Of a DNA stretch of 64,000 nt, positions 38,456-48,821 are shown piece after piece. The position numbers were made by a program, and so were the translations under genes. Within the stretch, counting starts at the first letter, position 1. Each line of letters opens with the position of its first letter. This stretch comes from Nitrospirota bacterium (GTDB lineage Bacteria; Nitrospirota; UBA9217): NCBI GenBank assembly GCA_963840455.1, contig CAWIYV010000014.1:448001-512000 (forward strand). The letters run 5' to 3'. The notes beneath the pieces are model-generated. The model saw only the letters and a program-made list of their open reading frames with translations, ran no database searches and was not told the origin of the DNA.

Positions 38456-39478
38456 ATGCTGAAAAAAGCCAAAGACTTCCAGATGCCGAAAAAGCTTCAG
38501 TACGACCCGAAGAAGATCACTGACACGTACGGGAAGTTCACGGCGGAGCCTCTGGAACGGGGATTCGGAACCACGCTGGGAAACTCCTTGCGCCGCGTCC
38601 TGTTGTCGTCCCTGGAGGGCTCGGCCATCACGGCCGTGAAGATCGCCGGGGTGCATCACGAGTTTTCCAGCATTCCGGGCGTTGTGGAGGACACGACGGA
38701 TCTGATCCTGAACCTGAAGGAGATCCGTCTCAAGCTGCATACCGACAAGACGAAGACCCTGACCCTCAAGGCCAAAGGCCCGGGCCAGGTCACGGCAAAG
38801 GACATCGAAACGGACGCCGAAGTGGAGATCCTGAACCCGGACCTCCACCTTGCTACGATCGACAAGAACGGCAAGCTGGAGTTCGAAGTGCGCGCCCGCC
38901 GCGGCAGGGGCTATGTTCCTTCGGACAAGAACAAGGAGCCCGGTCAGCCCATCGGTGTCATCCCGATCGACGCGATATTCTCTCCTATCCGCAAGGTGAA
39001 CTTCAAGGTGGAGAACGCCCGTGTCGGGCAGGATACGGACTATGATAAGCTGGTCCTCGATGTGACGACCGACGGGAGCCTCCGCCCCGATGATGCGGTG
39101 GCCCATGCGGCGAAACTTCTGAAGGACCACCTGTCCATATTCATCCATCTGCCTGAGGAAGAGGAAGAGGCCCCCCTCGCGGAAGAGGAGTTGAAAAAGT
39201 CCCCGACGTATAACGAGAACCTCCTCCGGAGCGTCAATGAGCTCGAGCTCTCCGTGCGGGCTGCGAACTGCCTTAAGAACGCCGGGATCGAGACCATCGC
39301 CGAGATGGTCCAGAAGACCGAGAGCGAGATGCTCAAGACCAAGAACTTCGGCCGGAAGTCGCTGAACGAGATCAAGGAGATCCTGAGCGGCATGGGGCTG
39401 GGCCTGGGGATGAAAGTGGATGATAAGATCGTGACCGAAGCCAGGAGGCTCCTGGCAGAGCGGCCCACCGAGGTGTAA
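38456..39478 (+). CDS. rpoA: RNA polymerase alpha subunit
   Basis: [17 protein letters not shown] and [11 protein letters not shown] motifs. Confidence 0.98.
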   Translation: MLKKAKDFQMPKKLQYDPKKITDTYGKFTAEPLERGFGTTLGNSLRRVLLSSLEGSAITAVKIAGVHHEFSSIPGVVEDTTDLILNLKEIRLKLHTDKTKTLTLKAKGPGQVTAKDIETDAEVEILNPDLHLATIDKNGKLEFEVRARRGRGYVPSDKNKEPGQPIGVIPIDAIFSPIRKVNFKVENARVGQDTDYDKLVLDVTTDGSLRPDDAVAHAAKLLKDHLSIFIHLPEEEEEAPLAEEELKKSPTYNENLLRSVNELELSVRAANCLKNAGIETIAEMVQKTESEMLKTKNFGRKSLNEIKEILSGMGLGLGMKVDDKIVTEARRLLAERPTEV

Positions 39479-39503
39479 ACCTAATTTTGAGAAGGATCGT
39501 ACT

Positions 39504-39908
39504 ATGAGACACGCATGTGCAGGAAGACAATTCGGGAGGAACAGCGGACACCGCAAGGCATTGCTCAAGATGCTGGTGACCGCATTGCTTCGGAATGAAA
39601 AGATCGAGACGACCGTCGCGAAGGCGAAGGAGATCCGGCCGCTGGCGGAGCAGATGATCACGCTCGGCAAACGGGGGGACCTGCATGCACGGCGGCAGGC
39701 CATGAGCTTCATCCAGGACGAGGCAGTGGTCAGGGGATTGTTCGCCGATATTGCCCCCCGGTTTGCGTCCCGGAACGGCGGTTATACCAGGATTGTTCCT
39801 ACACGCCAGCGGATGGGCGATGCCGCTCCCATGGCGGTGATCGAGCTGGTGGAGCGCCAGAAGAAAGAGGCGTCTTCGCCCAAGGCGGAGTCAAAACAGA
39901 AGTCATAG
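39504..39908 (+). CDS. rplQ: 50S ribosomal protein L17
   Basis: RNGGYTRI and GDAAPMA motifs. Confidence 0.98.
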   Translation: MRHACAGRQFGRNSGHRKALLKMLVTALLRNEKIETTVAKAKEIRPLAEQMITLGKRGDLHARRQAMSFIQDEAVVRGLFADIAPRFASRNGGYTRIVPTRQRMGDAAPMAVIELVERQKKEASSPKAESKQKS

Positions 39909-39988
39909 ACAGCACGGCGGACCCGCGGTCGTTCGATCACGGCACCGGTGGAAAGCGTCGGACAGTCTAGCAGCGCACGTTCCTGACC

Positions 39989-40020
39989 AAAGGCAAGGGG
40001 AAACTCCCCTTGCCTTTTTT
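39989..40020 (+). terminator. Intrinsic terminator at the end of the alpha operon
   Basis: AAAGGCAAGGGGA/TCCCCTTGCCTTT stem followed by a T-run. Confidence 0.88.
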
Positions 40021-40077
40021 CTTGCGTTTACAGAGAGTTGCCGTTATTATACTACTTCTAGGTCATTCTCTCTCTTT

Positions 40078-42129
40078 ATGCTGACGGTCATACAGAACAC
40101 TGCCAAGAATATCGCGTCCAGGGTGCGGTCGTTCTCATCGCTTTGGTGGGGCGGCATTGGATGTCGGGTGGCAATCATCATGTCTCTGGCGATTCTGTTC
40201 GTGTCCGTGTTCATCAGCGCCTTTCTCCTGTGGGAGGGTTCCCGGTTCCGGGAGTCTGAGATCCGCGGCAGGTCCCTCTTCATCGGCGGATATTTCTCCG
40301 CTCTTGCCGCCGAAGATATCATCACCGGCGACCGGCGGGAACTGTACCGCAAGCTGACACCGGCCTTTCTTTCGCAGGGCGATGTTTCCCGCGACCTGCT
40401 CTACCTCCGTGTCTACGACCGCCTGGGCCAGTTCCTGACCGGGAGCATGCTGCGCGGCCATAACGAAGACGGCTCCTCCGCCGAGAAGGACCTTGATAGC
40501 GACGTGGTGTCGAGCGTCGAGCCGAGGTTTCAACTCGTGGGGAAGGGCGTGTATGACCTGGTCATGCCGGTCGTCATCGATGACACACGAGTCGGCTTCG
40601 TCAAGGTCGGCATTTCCGGCCAGGGTTTCCAGCAGCAGTTTGGCAATGTGACGAAGAAGGCGATCATCGCCGGCGCGGCGCTTCTGCTCCTCGGGCTGGT
40701 GTTCAGCCAGGTCATCGCGGCCGGCATCACCAGGCCGATCGCGGGTTTGAGCGCCGCGGTCGATGGGCTCGGCAGACAGAACTGGAAAGCGCCAGTCCCT
40801 GTCCGGGGAAGGGACGAACTGAGCCGCCTTGCCAATGCCTTCAACCAGATGGCGCAGACCCTGAAGGAACGGGAGACGAGCCTTTCCCGGGGCAATCGCG
40901 ACCTGTTCATCCTGCACACTGCCGGGCTGGACCTCATGGAGAGCCTGGACCTTGAGGCGCTCCTGGGGAAGATTGCGGCGCGGGCCGAGGACCTGGTAAA
41001 GGCGGACACGACCGCCGTGGCTGCGATGGACCATACCACCCGTGCGCTGCAGTACCTCGGGGTGACCGGCAGCAAGGCGCATCTCCTGAAGGGCCTGGAC
41101 TTGCCTTTCGAGGCAGGGGGAATCTATAACTGGACCGCCAGCTATGGTAGTCCGCTCCTGATACAGGACGCTCAGACGGATTTCCGGCTCGATCCCGGCC
41201 AGATGCGGGCCCTGGGGATCGACTCGCTCATCACCGTTCCGCTCTGGTCATCGAGCACCCTGATGGCCATGATCACGGTGATGAACAAAAGAGGCGGCGA
41301 TGTCTTCGATAACCAGGACCTCCGGCTGTTCACGGTGTTCGCGAACCTGGCGGGGGCTGCCCTGCAGAACGCTTTTCTCTATGCCGATCTGAAGCATAAG
41401 ATCAGCGAACTGAAAAGCACCCAGCAGCAGCTTGTCCATTCAACCAAGATGGCCGCCATCGGCGAGCTTGCAGCGAACGTGGCGCATGAGATCAACAATC
41501 CCCTTACCAGTGTCCTGGGGTACACGAGCCATCTGCTCAAGACGCTCGAGATCCCCGAGGAGTCGCGCCAGAAGCTCCGCATGATGGAGCAGGAGACCTT
41601 GCGGGTCAGAAAGATCATCCGGAACCTTCTGGACTTCTCGCGACAGCGGGCTTCCTTGATGCAGCCCGGCGACGTGGTGCAGCCGCTTCGGGAAACAGTA
41701 TTGCTCCTGCACGGCGCCGCTGAGAGCGCTTCGGTACGCATCATCGAGGAATATCCTGCGTCCCCGGTGACCGTGAACATGGACCACAACGAGATCAAGC
41801 AGGTGTTCATCAATATCATGAGCAATGCCCTCCATGCCATGCGCGAGGGCGGCGAGCTCAGGGTCTGGGTCGATGCGGGTCGTGACGGCGAAACGGCAAT
41901 TATATTCTCCGATACCGGCAACGGCATTCCCCAGGAGCACTTGAAAAAGATCTTCGACCCGTTCTTTTCCACCAAAGGGAACGGTGACGGGACGGGATTG
42001 GGGCTTTCGATCAGCTATCGCATTGTTCAAAACCACGGCGGAAGGATCGAAGTGGAGAGCGAGGTCGGTCGCGGGTCCCGTTTTCGCGTCATCCTGCCGT
42101 CCCATGAGCACAGGGCGGTCAGGGGGTAA
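40078..42129 (+). CDS. Membrane sensor histidine kinase (TM, HAMP, GAF, HisKA, HATPase)
   Basis: Two TM segments, HAMP (DELSRLANAFNQM), GAF (ITVPL..FDNQDLRL), AHEINNPL and GTGLGL. Confidence 0.92.
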   Translation: MLTVIQNTAKNIASRVRSFSSLWWGGIGCRVAIIMSLAILFVSVFISAFLLWEGSRFRESEIRGRSLFIGGYFSALAAEDIITGDRRELYRKLTPAFLSQGDVSRDLLYLRVYDRLGQFLTGSMLRGHNEDGSSAEKDLDSDVVSSVEPRFQLVGKGVYDLVMPVVIDDTRVGFVKVGISGQGFQQQFGNVTKKAIIAGAALLLLGLVFSQVIAAGITRPIAGLSAAVDGLGRQNWKAPVPVRGRDELSRLANAFNQMAQTLKERETSLSRGNRDLFILHTAGLDLMESLDLEALLGKIAARAEDLVKADTTAVAAMDHTTRALQYLGVTGSKAHLLKGLDLPFEAGGIYNWTASYGSPLLIQDAQTDFRLDPGQMRALGIDSLITVPLWSSSTLMAMITVMNKRGGDVFDNQDLRLFTVFANLAGAALQNAFLYADLKHKISELKSTQQQLVHSTKMAAIGELAANVAHEINNPLTSVLGYTSHLLKTLEIPEESRQKLRMMEQETLRVRKIIRNLLDFSRQRASLMQPGDVVQPLRETVLLLHGAAESASVRIIEEYPASPVTVNMDHNEIKQVFINIMSNALHAMREGGELRVWVDAGRDGETAIIFSDTGNGIPQEHLKKIFDPFFSTKGNGDGTGLGLSISYRIVQNHGGRIEVESEVGRGSRFRVILPSHEHRAVRG

Positions 42130-42236
42130 CACGGCTATGCATCAGCGCAACAAGGGAACGAGTGCGAACTGCGGGGCAACCCTGCTCGCCGCGGTCCTGC
42201 TTACCGGCGGCTGTACAAGGAAAAGGAAGGCATTTC

Positions 42237-43739
42237 ATGGCAGGTGAGCGGATACTGGTCGTTGATGACGAGAAAATGATCCGGGACCTGTGCGCCCATA
42301 TCCTCGCAGACGAAGGATACGGCGTCACGGTGATGCCCAACGGCGAAGCTGCGCTCGCCGAGCTCGGCCGGACCCCGACGGACCTCCTCATCACGGACAT
42401 CAAGATGCCGGGCATGGACGGACTGGAGCTCTTTGAGCGCGTTAAAAAAATGAATCCGGACATGGTCACGATCTTCATTACCGGCCACGGTACTCTCGAT
42501 ACCGCTATCGAGTCCCTCATGCGGGGCGTGGAAGGGTTCGTCCTGAAGCCGTTCACCCAGGAAGAGCTCGTCAATGCCGTGGACCGTGCGGTGACCCGGT
42601 CACGGCTTCAGAAGGAGAACATCCGGCTCAAGGCGCTCATCCCCCTGTTCGAGATCAGCAAGCTGCTGGTCACCGAGATCGATCTGGCCCACCTGTTCAG
42701 GATCATCTCCGAGGTCCTGGTGAAAGAGTTCTCGGTAGAGCGGGTGTCCCTGATGCTTGTGGATGAAGCTACCGGAAGCCTTCTGATCCGCGCTTCCCAC
42801 GGTCTGCCCACGGACCTCGCGGTGAAGGCCAGGCGCGGGCCGGGCGAAGGTGTTTCGGGGATCGTCATGAAGCACCGGAGGCCGGTCATCATCACCAAGG
42901 GCAAGAGCGACGATCCGGAGGTCATGGCAACCCTGAACAGGGACAACGAGCCCCTTTCGTCCATGTCGGTGCCCCTCATCGGCAAGGACAAGGTGCTGGG
43001 GGTGCTCAACATCAGCAAGTTCACGGATCCCACGTTCACGACCAGCGACCTGCAGATCGTGTCGGTTCTCGCCAGCCAGGTCGTGGCGACGATGGAGAAC
43101 GCCTCGCTCTATGAAGGGCTCCGGGAGAGCTATTTCCGGACCGTCCAGGCACTGGTCGCGGCGGTGGAGGCGAAGGACTCCTACACGCGATGGCATTCGA
43201 CCAATGTTGCGAAATACGCCGTCGCCATCGCACGTGACCTGGGTTTCTCGCCGTCGCAGCTCGAGGAGATCCATATCGCGGCGATCCTGCACGATGTGGG
43301 CAAGATCGGCATCAGCGAGCGGATCATCAGCAAGCCCGACCGGCTCAGCCGCGAGGAGTTCGACATCATGAAGGACCACCCGGCGCACGGGATGAGGATC
43401 CTGGAACCCATTGGTTTTTCGCAGCCCATCATCAGTGCCATCTACCAGCACCACGAGCGCTACGATGGAAAAGGGTATCCCCAGGGCATCGCGGGCGAGA
43501 ACATCGCGCTCGCAGCCCGGATCCTGAACGTTGCGGACACCATCGACGCCATGGTCTCTGAGCGCCCTTATCGGGGGACGATCTCGAGCGAAACCGTGCT
43601 CCGGGAACTGGAGCGGGAGTCGGGCCTTCAGTTCGATCCGGCGGTCAGCGGGGCGGCACGGAAGCTCATCGAAAAGGGGCTCTTAAAGCTCGGCATGCAT
43701 ACCTACGCGCAGCATACCCCTGCGGCGGACAGGAAATGA
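42237..43739 (+). CDS. Response regulator with REC, GAF and HD-GYP domains (putative c-di-GMP phosphodiesterase)
   Basis: ILVVDDE, DIKMPGMDG, LHDVGKIG and HHERYDGKGYP motifs. Confidence 0.93.
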   Translation: MAGERILVVDDEKMIRDLCAHILADEGYGVTVMPNGEAALAELGRTPTDLLITDIKMPGMDGLELFERVKKMNPDMVTIFITGHGTLDTAIESLMRGVEGFVLKPFTQEELVNAVDRAVTRSRLQKENIRLKALIPLFEISKLLVTEIDLAHLFRIISEVLVKEFSVERVSLMLVDEATGSLLIRASHGLPTDLAVKARRGPGEGVSGIVMKHRRPVIITKGKSDDPEVMATLNRDNEPLSSMSVPLIGKDKVLGVLNISKFTDPTFTTSDLQIVSVLASQVVATMENASLYEGLRESYFRTVQALVAAVEAKDSYTRWHSTNVAKYAVAIARDLGFSPSQLEEIHIAAILHDVGKIGISERIISKPDRLSREEFDIMKDHPAHGMRILEPIGFSQPIISAIYQHHERYDGKGYPQGIAGENIALAARILNVADTIDAMVSERPYRGTISSETVLRELERESGLQFDPAVSGAARKLIEKGLLKLGMHTYAQHTPAADRK

Positions 43740-45418
43740 AGCGACGATCGACCAGCAATAAGATATCGGACCAAACCGCGGCCCCCCGCGTCGGCGGCCC
43801 CGCCCCGGATATCCAGCCGCCCCTGCGCAAGGACGGCGGGGCGCTCCTGCGTCCGGACCCGATGGCCGGAAACCCCGATGACGAGGTCCTTCACCATCTG
43901 AGCAGTCTGCTCGACAGCGTCAAGACCGGCATCATCTCCCTCGACGGCGAGGGCAGGATACGCGTGTTCAACGCAGTCGCGGAGATGCTCTTTGCTGTCC
44001 ACCGCCAGGCGGTGCTCGGCCGTCCCTTCAGTGCCATGGGGAGAATGATCAGCTTCAAGGACCAATCGCTCCATGCCCTATGGGAGCGGCTTGCAGATGC
44101 CGTGTGGGCCGCCGGAGCGGCCCTTGACCTGGAGGCCGACCTCGTGCATCCCACGGGGCAAAGGCGCATCATATCCTACAGCGTCTATCCGCTGGGGCGT
44201 CTGGCATGGTCCGTGGGGCACGGCGTTGTGATCATGCTCGAGGACGTAACACGAAAGAAGGAGATGGAGGACCAGATCACGGACGGACGGAAGCGCCTGC
44301 AGGCGGTGTTCGACGGCATCACCGACGGGATCCAGGTGGTGGACCCGGGATTCAGGATCACCGCGGTGAACAAGTCCATGACCTACCTTGTGGGCGGTAC
44401 CGTCACCCTGGGGCATCTTTGCTACAAGTCCTGCTCTCTCGGCGACGTCCCCTGCGAGGACTGCCCGGCCGAGAAGACCTTCCGCTCCGGCCAGCCGGCC
44501 TCCCTCATCAGGCGGGCCTCCCGCAGGTCTGCCGTGCCGGGAAGCGACGATGAGCGGGTCCTCGAGATCAGCACGTTCCCGCTCCTGGACCGCAGCGGCC
44601 GTGTAGTGCAGGTCGTTGAGTACATCAAGGACGTCACGGACCGGCTCCGCCTCGCGGAGCGTATGGAACATACGCGCCGCCTTGCCGAGCTGGGTGAGAT
44701 GGCGGCCCGGGTGGCCCACGAGGTGCGGAACCCCTTGAACGCAATCAACGGCGCCGCACATTTCCTTGCGACGGAGTACGCGGACAATGAGATCATCCAG
44801 AAGTTCACCAGCCTGATCAAGCGCCAGTCCGGCCGCGTGGACCAGGTGGCCTCCGACATCCTGTATGCAGCGAAACCCTTGCGCTTGACGCGGACCAGCG
44901 TGGACGTTGACGCCGTCGTGGACCAGGTGCTTGCCTCGCTCCAGGAGGAGATCCGGGGACAGGGCATTTCAGTGGAGCGGCATGACGATCCCGACCTGCC
45001 TCGGCTCCAGGCCGACGAGCTCCAGATCGAACAGGCGCTTACCAACATCATCCAGAACGCTGTGGAGTCCATGCCCCATGGCGGCACGCTTGCCATCAGC
45101 ACAACGGAGGACACCGGAGGAGGATGGCTGCGGATCAGCGTGCAGGACACCGGGAGCGGCATCCTGCCCCGGGACAGCGACCACATCTTCGAGGCATTCT
45201 ACACCACCAAGCCCAAGGGGACGGGCCTCGGCCTTTCCATCGTTGAGGGGGTCCTCAAGAACCACGGGGGCAAGATCTTCATCGAGCAGCCCGAGGGCAT
45301 TGGTACCCGTGTCGTGCTCTGCCTCCCTGCGCTCGGCGACGCAGACGCCAGCGGGCGGGAGATGCCGGAGAGCGCACCATCCCCCCGTCCCGAAGAGTCC
45401 CCGAAGAAAACACCATGA
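43736..45418 (+). CDS. Cytoplasmic PAS-PAS histidine kinase
   Basis: Two PAS repeats, AHEVRNPL and TTKPKGTGLGL; start codon uncertain. Confidence 0.9.
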   Translation: MKRRSTSNKISDQTAAPRVGGPAPDIQPPLRKDGGALLRPDPMAGNPDDEVLHHLSSLLDSVKTGIISLDGEGRIRVFNAVAEMLFAVHRQAVLGRPFSAMGRMISFKDQSLHALWERLADAVWAAGAALDLEADLVHPTGQRRIISYSVYPLGRLAWSVGHGVVIMLEDVTRKKEMEDQITDGRKRLQAVFDGITDGIQVVDPGFRITAVNKSMTYLVGGTVTLGHLCYKSCSLGDVPCEDCPAEKTFRSGQPASLIRRASRRSAVPGSDDERVLEISTFPLLDRSGRVVQVVEYIKDVTDRLRLAERMEHTRRLAELGEMAARVAHEVRNPLNAINGAAHFLATEYADNEIIQKFTSLIKRQSGRVDQVASDILYAAKPLRLTRTSVDVDAVVDQVLASLQEEIRGQGISVERHDDPDLPRLQADELQIEQALTNIIQNAVESMPHGGTLAISTTEDTGGGWLRISVQDTGSGILPRDSDHIFEAFYTTKPKGTGLGLSIVEGVLKNHGGKIFIEQPEGIGTRVVLCLPALGDADASGREMPESAPSPRPEESPKKTP

Positions 45419-46824
45419 CCAGGAAAGCCGCAGTTCTCATCGTCGACGACGAACCGGACATCCAGCTCGTCATGTCGGTCAACCTGAGGAAGGAAGGCTA
45501 TGACGTCGACACGGCCGGCGACGGCATGGAAGCCCTGAGCAGGATCGAATCGCGGGACTACGACGTCATTATCCTGGACCATCAGATGCCCCGCCTGACA
45601 GGGATGCAGTTCCTTGAACGGCTCCGGGACAGGACCGCCGGCAGCACGGTCGACAATGATGTCCCGGTGATCGTCATGACCGCGTACGGGACCATCGAGA
45701 TGGCCGTTCAGGCGATGAAGGAAGGGGCGTACAGCTACCTCACGAAGCCCATCCAGTACGAGGACCTGAGCCTCCAGGTGAAGAACGCCGTGGAGCGCCA
45801 CCGGCTGGCCCTCGAGGTGCGGAGCCTGCGCCACGAGGTGGAGGAGCGCTACCAGTTCGGGAACATCATCGGCAGGAACCCCCGGATGCAGGAGATCTTC
45901 CAGGTCATCAGGACCGTGGCCGAGACCGACGCCACCGTGCTCGTCCACGGCGAGAGCGGCACGGGCAAGGAGCTCATCGCCCGGGCCATCCATTACAACA
46001 GCAGGCGGCAGGACAGACCCTTTGTCGTCGTGAGCTGTTCGGCCCTCCCGGAGGCGCTCCTCGAGAGCGAGCTCTTCGGCCACGAGAAAGGGGCGTTCAC
46101 CGGCGCCATCCGGCAGCGCATCGGCAGGTTCGAGATGGCCGAGGGCGGCACGATCTTCCTTGACGAGATCGGCGAGATGACCATGCCGGTGCAGCTCAAG
46201 CTCCTCCGCGTGCTCCAGGAACGGGAGTTCGAGCGGGTCGGCGGGAACCAGACCCACAAGGTCGACGTCCGCGTCATTGCCGCCACGCACCGCGATCTCC
46301 AGGAGGCCATGCGGGAACGCCATTTCCGGCAGGACCTCTTCTACCGGCTGAACGTCGTCCCCCTCAAGCTGCCGCCGCTCCGCGAACGGCTCGACGATGT
46401 TCCCCTCCTGGCCGCACACTTCCTCCGGAAATACGCCGACAAGAACCAGAAACCGGTCCGGTCCATCTCCCGCGAGGCGATGGAGGCCCTCGGCGCCTAT
46501 ACCTACCCGGGGAACGTCCGGGAGCTGGAGAACATCATCGAGCGCGCCGTGATCATGGAGAAAGGGGAGTCGATCCAGCGGGCCGAGCTGGGCGTGGCGG
46601 CCTCTGTCCGGAAGGCCCCGGTCTATCAGATCAACGGTGAGCTTGACCTCTTCAAGACGATGAAAGCGGAGGCCGTTGAGCGGTTCGAACGGGAGTACCT
46701 GTCCCAGCTGCTCCGCATGTACAAGGGGAACATGAGCAGGTCGGCACGTCACGCGGGCATGGACATCAAGAACCTGCATGAGAAGATGGCGCGGTACGGG
46801 TTGAAGCGGGAAGATTTCAAGTAA
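45415..46824 (+). CDS. Sigma-54-dependent NtrC/AtoC-family response regulator
   Basis: REC domain, [23 protein letters not shown] and a C-terminal HTH. Confidence 0.96.
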   Translation: MTRKAAVLIVDDEPDIQLVMSVNLRKEGYDVDTAGDGMEALSRIESRDYDVIILDHQMPRLTGMQFLERLRDRTAGSTVDNDVPVIVMTAYGTIEMAVQAMKEGAYSYLTKPIQYEDLSLQVKNAVERHRLALEVRSLRHEVEERYQFGNIIGRNPRMQEIFQVIRTVAETDATVLVHGESGTGKELIARAIHYNSRRQDRPFVVVSCSALPEALLESELFGHEKGAFTGAIRQRIGRFEMAEGGTIFLDEIGEMTMPVQLKLLRVLQEREFERVGGNQTHKVDVRVIAATHRDLQEAMRERHFRQDLFYRLNVVPLKLPPLRERLDDVPLLAAHFLRKYADKNQKPVRSISREAMEALGAYTYPGNVRELENIIERAVIMEKGESIQRAELGVAASVRKAPVYQINGELDLFKTMKAEAVERFEREYLSQLLRMYKGNMSRSARHAGMDIKNLHEKMARYGLKREDFK

Positions 46825-46832
46825 TTCGGGGA

Positions 46833-47498
46833 TCAGCGTCGCGACTTGCGGTCTGTGCCGCCCAGGTCCCTGAGCATGGCGGCAGCTTCTGCATTTGAAG
46901 GCTGGGCTTGCAACACCAGTTCACATTCCCTGCGGGCGTCAAGGCTGCGCCCCATCTGCCTATAGGTCTTTGCGAGGTTCATCCGGGCATCGATGTTCCC
47001 GGGCTGTGCCAGTAGCGCGTCCTGGTAAGCCTGTAGTGCTTCCGGCAGTTTGTGCTGCAGATAGTACACGCTGCCGAGATTCAGCAACACATCGACGGAC
47101 CGAGGGCGCAGATTGAGGGCCGTCCGGAAGGACCGCTCCGCATCCTCCAGCCGCTCTCTGCGGACGTACGCCATCCCGAGATTGAAGTGTGAACGGAAAT
47201 GATCGGGTCGGAGCTCGGTCGCGCGCTGCAGGGCCGCGATCGCGTCATCCATACGGCCTTCATGGTAGAGGAAGGTCCCCCTATTATAGTGCACCCGGCC
47301 CTTCCGCGGGCTCTTTCTCACGGTATCGTCCCACAGCGCGAGCGGATCTGCATACACGTCGTTCCGCGCATGCGTGAGCCAGCCGAGGCCTGAGATGATC
47401 ACCAGAGGGAGCATTGCTGCAATAAGCGGAGAAAGGGACCACGGCCCCCTGGTGTCTCCGGTGCTTTTCCGATGTGGAGGCTGCTTCTTAAGTGACAT
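46833..47498 (-). CDS. Tetratricopeptide-repeat protein with N-terminal membrane anchor
   Basis: About 4 TPR units (HYNRG, HFNLG, LLNLG, RMNLA). Confidence 0.85.
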   Translation of the reverse strand: MSLKKQPPHRKSTGDTRGPWSLSPLIAAMLPLVIISGLGWLTHARNDVYADPLALWDDTVRKSPRKGRVHYNRGTFLYHEGRMDDAIAALQRATELRPDHFRSHFNLGMAYVRRERLEDAERSFRTALNLRPRSVDVLLNLGSVYYLQHKLPEALQAYQDALLAQPGNIDARMNLAKTYRQMGRSLDARRECELVLQAQPSNAEAAAMLRDLGGTDRKSRR

Positions 47499-47567
47499 GG
47501 GTCTGGGAGTGGTCCCCGGGAAGCAAACCCGGAAGCCGGACCGGTCATGAGCGTCCCGGTGCGTCGG

Positions 47568-48158
47568 TCATTGTTTCGGCGGTTCGCATATGCCTGTTGA
47601 GCATTTCGACAGGAGCGGCTGCTTGAGCTTCTTTCCCGTGAGCGAGAGGAGCAGCAGGAAGGCGGTGGAGAACCCCAGAGCATTGAAGACAGGGTGGGAC
47701 ATTCCCATCAGGTTCACGAGGACCAGGAGGGGGTAGAGCCACAGGAGCATCCAGCCTTCCCGGTAGGCGAAACAGTAGGCTTCTTTGCCCACCATGCCGC
47801 CGGCACCCACACAGACCAGCCCGATGCCGATCAGGATCACGCTCACCGCGTACTGCTCCGGGGCATACAACCACCCCAGAACCTGCAGGGGGATGCCGAT
47901 GAGGATCGAGCCGAGGATGATCTTCTTGACCCAGGACATCCATACCAGGAGATAGATCCCCGACAGGAGCGCGCCTGCATTGAACAGCATGATGCCGAGG
48001 GTATAGAAGGGGCTCCCCAGCGGGTAGAGCACAGCGAGCACGGCAGCGCCCAGCACCTGCGCGACAAGGCCTGCTCGGTAGGATATGTCGTGCCGCCTTC
48101 TGTACGCGAGGCCGGCCATTGCGATCTGTTCTTCGAGGGTGGGGTCCGCCATGGCCAT
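47568..48158 (-). CDS. Integral membrane protein, DUF2301-like
   Basis: About 6 TM segments; YRAGL and GKEAYCF motifs recalled for DUF2301. Confidence 0.72.
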   Translation of the reverse strand: MAMADPTLEEQIAMAGLAYRRRHDISYRAGLVAQVLGAAVLAVLYPLGSPFYTLGIMLFNAGALLSGIYLLVWMSWVKKIILGSILIGIPLQVLGWLYAPEQYAVSVILIGIGLVCVGAGGMVGKEAYCFAYREGWMLLWLYPLLVLVNLMGMSHPVFNALGFSTAFLLLLSLTGKKLKQPLLSKCSTGICEPPKQ

Positions 48159-48453
48159 CGTTATAGCACGCCGGGAGAGGTGTTGCAAGGGGAAACGTGG
48201 CCTGCGGGAACGCGGGACGGAACGGTCCCTTGCAGGAAGCTCCATCTGCTCTTAGGCGAATGGCAGCCTCCCTGACCGGGCGTTCGGCCGGCCAAGCAAA
48301 GTGCTGACGGTGAGCCATAAGATCATCGCTTGAGAGAACGTCCTCGCGTGGAGACGCTCTGTTGGTATGCGGGAGAGGAAGGCGGGACAGTCAATAAGCA
48401 GCGATGAATAAGACCTAAAGTTGTAGTTTTGCAAAGGCAGGGGTAGAAATTTC

Positions 48454-48482
48454 TTGACTTGCCCCCCCTGTTTTGCTATATT
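48454..48482 (+). promoter_or_regulatory. Putative sigma-70 promoter of the porin gene
   Basis: TTGACT-17 bp-TATATT with a TG extension. Confidence 0.6.
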
Positions 48483-48821
48483 TTTTACGACTTTCTTACA
48501 AAAATTCTTTTCACCCGTAGCGATTTTTTGTGCAGTAGTCATAGTGGCTTGCTAGACCCGTTCATCTTATGACATCCACTATCCAAGCTCACAGGTCGCC
48601 TTACCCCAGTTCCGATGCGCAACCCGCGGTCTTTGCGGCCGTGTTGGTCTCGCGGCATTCACTCGTCCTACGAACGTTCCACAGTCTTCTTGCTACGAGC
48701 TTACTGAAGAAAGGGGGGATGAGCCCGGTTCTCTAACGTTGGCAATGTATCTCATCGCTTCATAAGTGAAGGGTTCTCACAAGCTCCGATGTAGGAGCAA
48801 AACTACTAGGGAGGTTAAACG

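Noticed and set aside
48259-48390. Possible 6S-like or other ncRNA (CCTCCCTG...CGGGAGAGG end pairing)
   Set aside because: Too short and lacking a recognisable central bubble or family consensus; it cannot be supported without a covariance search.
48719-48736. Tiny upstream ORF MSPVL in the porin leader
   Set aside because: The G-run abuts the ATG with no spacing, so there is no evidence for translation.
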